A stretch of DNA of 51,548 nt from Escherichia phage SKA49. Of the stretch, positions 45,744-51,548 are shown one piece after another; positions within the stretch are counted from its first letter, which is position 1, and every line of letters starts with the position of its first letter. The notes under the pieces were generated by a model that had not been told where the DNA came from, made no database searches, and worked only from the letters and a program-made list of their open reading frames with translations. The stretch is taken from the sequence record NC_079180.1; one strand, 5' to 3'. The translations under genes were made by a program, and so were the position numbers.

Positions 45744-46888
45744 TGACTAAACGCTTAACATTTAAATTCCCTTGGGCGCAAGATGGTGAAATTGCTGACC
45801 CAGACTTAGACACAACCAACCCAAGTTATGTTGCAAACCGATATGCAAGCATGGGCTGGGAAGCTGAGAAGCCACCAAACGAATGGCAGAACTTCTTAAC
45901 ACAGATTAGTGATTTAAAGATTATGTCTTTACTCTTCTCTGGTGTGGCAGAGTTTGATAGTAGTGTTACATATCAAACTGGTGCAGTGTCTGTTCTCAAT
46001 GGTGTTGTGCAAATTAAGGTTGCCTCTGGCTGGGAACAAATCCTAGACATGAAGACTGTAGATTATCTAAATGATGTTGCAGCATTGAAACTCATTTATG
46101 ACAATCACATGGCTACCGAGAATCCGCACAACGACACAGTTGATACGCTGGTGGATAAAGGAAGAACAAAGGCAAATATTGATATTGCCTTTGGGAGTGC
46201 TACCGACCCTCAAACAATTGTTTATCACAAATTGCAACAAGGTCGTGTTCACCAGGAAACTCCAGAGCAGGTTGGCACTCTTCCAACATCTGGTGGTACA
46301 TTCACTGGTCCTGTGTCGTTCCTTGCTGGGATGAAATTTGCGACAGACAACACTGTTAGTATGAACGGTGCAACAGGTCGTTTGGAACTTCGTAGTGGTA
46401 GTCGTATTCTGTCTATTGATGCTCTAGGAAATGTTGTCTGGAGCATAGTTGGTGGTGAAGAATATCCCGTGATGACGGAGCTGAATTACTCAGAGTTTCA
46501 GATTCGTTGGGGAAACAGATTTGCCCTACCGACACCATACTTGAGTATGAACCTATCAGCCAGTATTAACGATGCTTGCTCTGTTCGTGGTTGGAAGATT
46601 TCAACAACGGGAACACCAGTATTTCACCCTATGGGTGGGTTGAAGATGGATGACAATACTGTAACCTTCTCCGGATTTGATGTTTCTTGTCCAACCACAA
46701 TAGTGGCCTTTACAAGAAATGCTTCCGGCACTCTTGGGAGAGGTAACTCTGATGCTCCGTCTGGTGGTTATACAAGCCTTAACACACTCCTTACGAATCT
46801 TGGAATAGTTGATGCTGCTTACGTCGTGAGTATCACTTGCTATCCAACATTAACCGCTTATCAGAAATCAATGTTAGTGAGGCCATAA
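45740..46888 (+). CDS. tail fibre protein
   Basis: 382 aa after baseplate genes. Confidence 0.5.
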   Translation: MMTKRLTFKFPWAQDGEIADPDLDTTNPSYVANRYASMGWEAEKPPNEWQNFLTQISDLKIMSLLFSGVAEFDSSVTYQTGAVSVLNGVVQIKVASGWEQILDMKTVDYLNDVAALKLIYDNHMATENPHNDTVDTLVDKGRTKANIDIAFGSATDPQTIVYHKLQQGRVHQETPEQVGTLPTSGGTFTGPVSFLAGMKFATDNTVSMNGATGRLELRSGSRILSIDALGNVVWSIVGGEEYPVMTELNYSEFQIRWGNRFALPTPYLSMNLSASINDACSVRGWKISTTGTPVFHPMGGLKMDDNTVTFSGFDVSCPTTIVAFTRNASGTLGRGNSDAPSGGYTSLNTLLTNLGIVDAAYVVSITCYPTLTAYQKSMLVRP

Positions 46889-48279
46889 TGGCGCTTCGTC
46901 CTAAATTAAATCGCGTATGGACTTCAAATAACACTGTTGCCAGACGTGACCCAGGGGATGCAAAGTATCTCCAAGGTTGGGTTGCTGAGATACCAACCTA
47001 TCAAGTTTTAAACTATTTGCAGTATAAAGTTGATACCACAATGCTTGCTCAGGCGGAACGTGGAATCTTCGAGTGGGGTGGTGATGTTTCTTATGGTGTT
47101 GGCAGTTTGGCTTGGGACGAAACAAACAAAACTATTTATGTTTGTACTGTAACAAACCCAAGCAAGACTTTGGCCCCAAGTGCCAACCCAGCACAATGGA
47201 GTCCGAGCGCCATTCAGGTATCTCGTGCCAACTATGACTCTGTTGTATCTGCAATCAATACCCATATTGCAAACCGAGCAAACCCTCACCAAGTAACTGC
47301 TGCACAGGTTGGTACATACAACCGTGCTGAAATGGATGCACTTGTATCCAACTATCGAGCAATGGTGTTGGCGCATGCCTCTGACTACAACAACCCACAT
47401 AAGCTAACTGCTGTTCAAGTTGGTGCTGTTCCTGTAACTGGTGGTGAGTATACTGGTCAGGTAACTATGCCGACCGCCTACTTCAATGCCTCCAAGACTG
47501 CACAACTGTTGCAAGACAATGGACTATGGTTGAAGAATGGCAACTACTTACTAGGTATTAACGGTACGACAGGGAATCCCGAAGCAGGAACTGCTGCAAG
47601 CAAGTCCAGGATAGTCACAGAATCTAACTTCCCAGACTTGAAAGCTGCACAAGAGCCTAAATATGCAGTAGAAGCGCCATACTATGAAATGGCACTAATA
47701 GGTTCTGTAAACATACTTCGTGGCGCAGGAACATTCAGTACCGGAGACTCCGAGCCTATGTACTTGGCATCATCTGGGAATGCTCTAACATTCGACAGCA
47801 CACCAACCAGCCCAGCACAGAGATTCGAAGCCTCTTCACAACTTCCTGCTAGCTCAAGTATTACAGTCTGTGCCGATGTTATGAGGGTGTCACAGTCTGA
47901 TACGAGTGATGGCAACTGGCAGCTGAGTTTCGGCACCGCAGATTTCAATATCACTATTGGGTACAATGGGTATACGACCATCAGGTTCAGAGGCCCAACA
48001 GGAGGTATTGTTGCAATGCAGGGGGTAATCTCCCAAGATTTGAAAACTGTTGGTGTGTGGAACAGGTTGTCGGCAACACTTTCTGGAAGCACTATTAAGG
48101 TGTTTGTAAACGGTGTACTGCTATTCTCCAGAGAGCAAGAAGTGGGTGTTGCAGTTGGGAGAGCGCCATTTATAACTAAATGGAGTATGGTTGGGGCTAC
48201 CACAAACTCTAGAATATCTATTAGGTCTTTTAGGTTGTGGAACTCGGCACTAACAGACAAACAAATTTCAACTTTATAG
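46888..48279 (+). CDS. tail fibre protein
   Basis: ATG with GAGG RBS; in frame with track ORF 46837..48279. Confidence 0.5.
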   Translation: MALRPKLNRVWTSNNTVARRDPGDAKYLQGWVAEIPTYQVLNYLQYKVDTTMLAQAERGIFEWGGDVSYGVGSLAWDETNKTIYVCTVTNPSKTLAPSANPAQWSPSAIQVSRANYDSVVSAINTHIANRANPHQVTAAQVGTYNRAEMDALVSNYRAMVLAHASDYNNPHKLTAVQVGAVPVTGGEYTGQVTMPTAYFNASKTAQLLQDNGLWLKNGNYLLGINGTTGNPEAGTAASKSRIVTESNFPDLKAAQEPKYAVEAPYYEMALIGSVNILRGAGTFSTGDSEPMYLASSGNALTFDSTPTSPAQRFEASSQLPASSSITVCADVMRVSQSDTSDGNWQLSFGTADFNITIGYNGYTTIRFRGPTGGIVAMQGVISQDLKTVGVWNRLSATLSGSTIKVFVNGVLLFSREQEVGVAVGRAPFITKWSMVGATTNSRISIRSFRLWNSALTDKQISTL

Positions 48280-48287
48280 GATTCAAA

Positions 48288-49361
48288 ATGGCTAAAGGTT
48301 ATTCTTTAGATGCGCTAGTTCAAGAGCACTACATTAAAGATGCAGTTGGTTTAGATGTCAGCAATATAAATGATAAGTGGGGCGCGGATAATGTAGGGAC
48401 ATTCTTCCAAAACCTGCATGTAAATGCAACAGTTGAGAACGGGTATCCTTACGGAGCCTCGGCAGGCAACTTGGAAGTGCTACTTACTAATGCCGGTACT
48501 CTTGATAACTGCGTACAGAGATACACAAACTTTAATGATTTAAGAATGTGGATTCGCTCTCAAGACCGTGGAGCTGGAAACAGGACTTGGACACCTTGGA
48601 TGGAGCTTATAAATGCGAACAACATTTATAAAGCAATCTACCCAATTGGAATTGTTCTCCAGTTTGACAATGCCACCAACCCAAATAACTCCTTCACAGG
48701 AACATCTTGGGTACAAATCGTAGATGGTCGCTCTGTTCGTGCAGCGTCTTCTGCGGAAGTTGGCACTGAACTTGGTCAGATTGGTGCGATTGTTGGTGAA
48801 GATGAAGTTACCATTGCTGTGGCTAACCTCCCATCCCACACTCACAACATGCGTAACCATACACACTCCATCGCGTCCCACACACACACTATGGCCCACA
48901 CGCACTCAATCAACCACGACCACGGTGCAGTGACCTCAAGTTCAGGTGGTGCTCACACGCACAGCTTAAGCGGCACTGCTGCTTCTGCTGGTGCACACCA
49001 ACACACAGAAGGTTCGCCGTTTACTGGTGATGTCAATTTTGGTGCTACCTCAAGCACCAGTAAGAATAATATCAAAGACTGGTTGTACAGCCCATCTACA
49101 AGATACCCGCTAACCTCATCTTCCGGTGCCCATACACACAGTGTTAGTGGAACTGCCAACTCTGCTGGCGCTCACACGCACTCTGTAGACCTGCCTAACT
49201 TCACTGGCACTAGCGGAGGCTCTAGCGCAGGAAGCACTGGTGGAACAGCTTTGACAACTGGTGCTCCTAGCTCTAACGAATCGGATGCGACTGGTGGTGG
49301 CTCTAAGCTGACCGTCCGTAACGCCTCACACTATTATGCCCTCTGGAAACGAGTGGCTTAA
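48288..49361 (+). CDS. tail fibre protein with collar-like domain and HxH repeat tract
   Basis: HTHNMRNHTHSIASHTHTMAHTHSINHDH followed by GGAHTHS and GAHTHS repeats; ATG with AGGA RBS; in frame with track ORF 48237..49361. Confidence 0.55.
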   Translation: MAKGYSLDALVQEHYIKDAVGLDVSNINDKWGADNVGTFFQNLHVNATVENGYPYGASAGNLEVLLTNAGTLDNCVQRYTNFNDLRMWIRSQDRGAGNRTWTPWMELINANNIYKAIYPIGIVLQFDNATNPNNSFTGTSWVQIVDGRSVRAASSAEVGTELGQIGAIVGEDEVTIAVANLPSHTHNMRNHTHSIASHTHTMAHTHSINHDHGAVTSSSGGAHTHSLSGTAASAGAHQHTEGSPFTGDVNFGATSSTSKNNIKDWLYSPSTRYPLTSSSGAHTHSVSGTANSAGAHTHSVDLPNFTGTSGGSSAGSTGGTALTTGAPSSNESDATGGGSKLTVRNASHYYALWKRVA

Positions 49362-49369
49362 GGAAAATA

Positions 49370-49711
49370 ATGGAACGATTATCCATTCAGATGTTTATCG
49401 ACCTCATGCACCAATATGGTGTTTGGCATGGATTGCTGGCTGGTCTGACGGCTTTAATCCGTGGGGCATATGAAAGTGAGGGATTAAGCAAAGCGTTGCT
49501 GGATGCAGCGCTATGCAGCTTGATTGGCCTGTTTGCCTTTCATGTTGCTGGCACATTTGAAACTTTTACGACTAACGTCACAATGCAGTTAGTTCTGGCT
49601 ATCGTGATTGGTGTCATTGGTGCTAACCTCATTATCACAACTGTCAGGGAAAGTTTCTCTGGCGCAATCAAACAACTTAACCCTTTAACGTGGTTCAAGA
49701 AGGCACGATGA
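49370..49711 (+). CDS. holin (lambda S-like)
   Basis: AAGGA RBS; 113 aa with hydrophobic segments GLLAGLTALI, LCSLIGLFAFHVAG, LVLAIVIGVIGANLIITTV. Confidence 0.65.
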   Translation: MERLSIQMFIDLMHQYGVWHGLLAGLTALIRGAYESEGLSKALLDAALCSLIGLFAFHVAGTFETFTTNVTMQLVLAIVIGVIGANLIITTVRESFSGAIKQLNPLTWFKKAR

Positions 49712-49728
49712 AATGATAAGGAACTCGA

Positions 49729-50283
49729 ATGCTATCATTCAAAGTCCTTGCACTTCTGGCAGCTTTAGTTCACATCAACGCCCCAGCTTCGGTTGGGGCA
49801 GTGAATTCTGCTATTACAGATTTTGCAAGTCATTCTTATTTAAATGGAAGTCTGAAACTATCTTCTTCACAACGCAAAGAGCTAGAATGCTACACTAAAG
49901 TTATCTGGTATGAAGCTCGCGGAGAAGACAAACATGGAAAGATTCTGGTAGCTAATGTCGTCCGTAATAGAACTGAGTTCGGGAAGCCATTCGCTAACAC
50001 CGTTTGTGATGTTGTCTATCAACGCAATCAATTTGCATGGACACGAGAAGCAAAGAAGAAGAATGCTCAATGGAAGCATGTAGCAAAGATTAATTATGCC
50101 ACAGAACAACAACAAGTTCTGGACACCATTAGTGTTGCAATCTCTTTTGTACTATTTAATCAACCCTCTGTCACCAAAGCAACCCACTTTTGTACAGCAT
50201 CTGAGAAGTGCAACTTCAAGAATGTTAAAGGTCTGGGACGTTATGGTGGCCATAAATTCTATGAGTATCTAGGAAATCTGTAA
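49729..50283 (+). CDS. SleB/CwlJ-like cell wall hydrolase with N-terminal signal sequence (endolysin candidate)
   Basis: [25 protein letters not shown]...[15 protein letters not shown]; N-terminus [24 protein letters not shown]; AAGGA RBS. Confidence 0.7.
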   Translation: MLSFKVLALLAALVHINAPASVGAVNSAITDFASHSYLNGSLKLSSSQRKELECYTKVIWYEARGEDKHGKILVANVVRNRTEFGKPFANTVCDVVYQRNQFAWTREAKKKNAQWKHVAKINYATEQQQVLDTISVAISFVLFNQPSVTKATHFCTASEKCNFKNVKGLGRYGGHKFYEYLGNL

Positions 50284-51383
50284 TGGCTTACACTACCTTT
50301 TCACAAACCAAGAATAACCAACTACTAGAGCCAATGTTCTTTGGTCAGAACGTTAACGTTGCTCGATATGACCAACAGAAGTACAGCATCTTCGAGAAGT
50401 TAATCGAGAAGCAGTTGTCTTTCTTTTGGCGACCTGAGGAGGTTGATGTTAGCCAGGACCGAATTGACTATGCTGGTCTTCCTGAGTGTGAGAAACACAT
50501 TTTCACCAGCAATTTACGATACCAAATCTTGCTTGATTCCATTCAGGGACGTGGGCCAACTACAGTTTTGCTACCAATTGTGAGCATTCCTGAGCTTGAA
50601 ACTTGGATTGAAACTTGGTCATTCTCAGAGACAATTCACTCTCGTTCTTACACGCATATTATTCGCAATATTGTCACCGACCCAAGCGTCATCTTTGATG
50701 AAATTGTGGAGAATGAGCATATTAAAATGCGTGCAATTGGCATCTCCCAATATTATGACGAGCTTCAACACCTGACTTCCATGTGGCATCTGCATGAAGA
50801 TAAAGTTTCTCTTCGTGAGCTTAAGAAGAAGCTGTATTTATGCCTAATGTCCATCAATGCACTGGAAGCAATTCGCTTTTATGTCAGTTTTGCTTGCTCA
50901 TTTGCCTTCGCTGAACGCAAGTTAATGGAAGGAAATGCCAAGATTATTCGCTTAATTGCTCGTGATGAAGCGCTCCATTTGACCGGAACTCAACACATGC
51001 TGAACCTTCTTGCAAGCGGTGCTGATGACCCAGAAATGGCCGAAATTGCTAAAGAATGCCGCCAAGAATGCCAAGAAATGTTCGAAAATGTGGCCCAACA
51101 AGAGAAAGATTGGGCTGATTATTTGTTCAAAGATGGCTCAATGATTGGCTTAAACAGGCAAATTCTGTGCGGATATGTGGAATATATTACAAATATTCGT
51201 ATGCAAGCAGTTGGATTGGATGCTCCATTCAAAGGTGCTACTAACCCGATTCCTTGGATTAACGCATGGTTGAATTCGGATGCTGTACAAGTTGCTCCAC
51301 AAGAAACGGAGATTAGTTCGTACCTTGTTGGGCAGATTGACTCCGAAGTTGACACCAATGCTCTAGGCGGATTTGAACTATGA
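50283..51383 (+). CDS. nrdB: class Ia ribonucleotide reductase beta subunit
   Basis: Near-colinear with enterobacterial NrdB as I recall it: [54 protein letters not shown]-terminal [13 protein letters not shown]; one short internal deletion. Confidence 0.85.
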   Translation: MAYTTFSQTKNNQLLEPMFFGQNVNVARYDQQKYSIFEKLIEKQLSFFWRPEEVDVSQDRIDYAGLPECEKHIFTSNLRYQILLDSIQGRGPTTVLLPIVSIPELETWIETWSFSETIHSRSYTHIIRNIVTDPSVIFDEIVENEHIKMRAIGISQYYDELQHLTSMWHLHEDKVSLRELKKKLYLCLMSINALEAIRFYVSFACSFAFAERKLMEGNAKIIRLIARDEALHLTGTQHMLNLLASGADDPEMAEIAKECRQECQEMFENVAQQEKDWADYLFKDGSMIGLNRQILCGYVEYITNIRMQAVGLDAPFKGATNPIPWINAWLNSDAVQVAPQETEISSYLVGQIDSEVDTNALGGFEL

Positions 51384-51470
51384 TTGGGTACGGTGAAGGC
51401 TGACGTTTGTCAGTTAATATGTGAGAAGAGATTCGATGCGTTAGCGTCGTTTCTCTTTGAACTAGAATAA

Positions 51471-51548
51471 AATAAGTAAGTTAAATATTACTTATTCCCA
51501 ATATTGCTACAATATTAAGAGTAATATTAGGAATGCGTAAAGTTCAAA
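51471..51548. repeat. right-end non-coding region with 9-bp AT-rich hairpin and three AATATT(G/A) motifs
   Basis: AATAAGTAA-GTTAAATA-TTACTTATT hairpin; CCAATATTGCTACAATATTAAGAGTAATATTAGG echoes the 2.5-3.3 kb cluster. Confidence 0.35.

Noticed and set aside
1-51548. Prophage or integrative element (integrase, attachment site, repressor)
   Set aside because: No tyrosine or serine recombinase motifs and no CI-like repressor; the tRNA-like element is not next to any integrase, so the window is best read as a virulent phage genome.

Overview
All supported genes are on the + strand and the window reads as a nearly complete, tightly packed genome of a lytic contractile-tailed phage that encodes its own T7-type single-subunit RNA polymerase (RNAP). 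The gene order (RNAP, early small genes, replication and nucleotide metabolism, large terminase, portal, protease/scaffold, decoration protein, major capsid, sheath, tube, chaperone, tape measure, Mu/P2-like baseplate, tail fibres, holin and hydrolase, nrdB) resembles what I recall of phiEcoM-GJ1-type (Chaseviridae-like) phages; that is an inference from architecture, not a database hit. No integrase, repressor, rRNA or CRISPR array was seen. The most notable observations are: (1) two candidate programmed -1 ribosomal frameshifts, each with a canonical slippery heptamer placed immediately after a stop codon in the -1 frame, one appending an Ig-like domain to the head decoration protein (CCCAAAG, 30990-30996) and one in the tail assembly chaperone (TTTTTTC, 36387-36393); (2) a roughly 19-bp motif ACATTAGTTGGATGTGAAG recurring at eight intergenic sites, best explained as promoters for the phage RNAP; (3) a 2.6-kb ORF-poor block (12899-15499) holding a tRNA-like element with a perfect acceptor stem and T-arm but a non-standard core; (4) a 1241-aa tape-measure-like protein combining Rho_N-like, YqaJ-like nuclease and lytic transglycosylase motifs; (5) a small protein ending in the bacterial SSB tail motif DFDSDIPF; and (6) an apparently orphan, host-like nrdB. 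All calls rest on motif recognition by eye; CDS coordinates are anchored to the supplied ORF track, and non-coding coordinates may be off by 1-2 nt.
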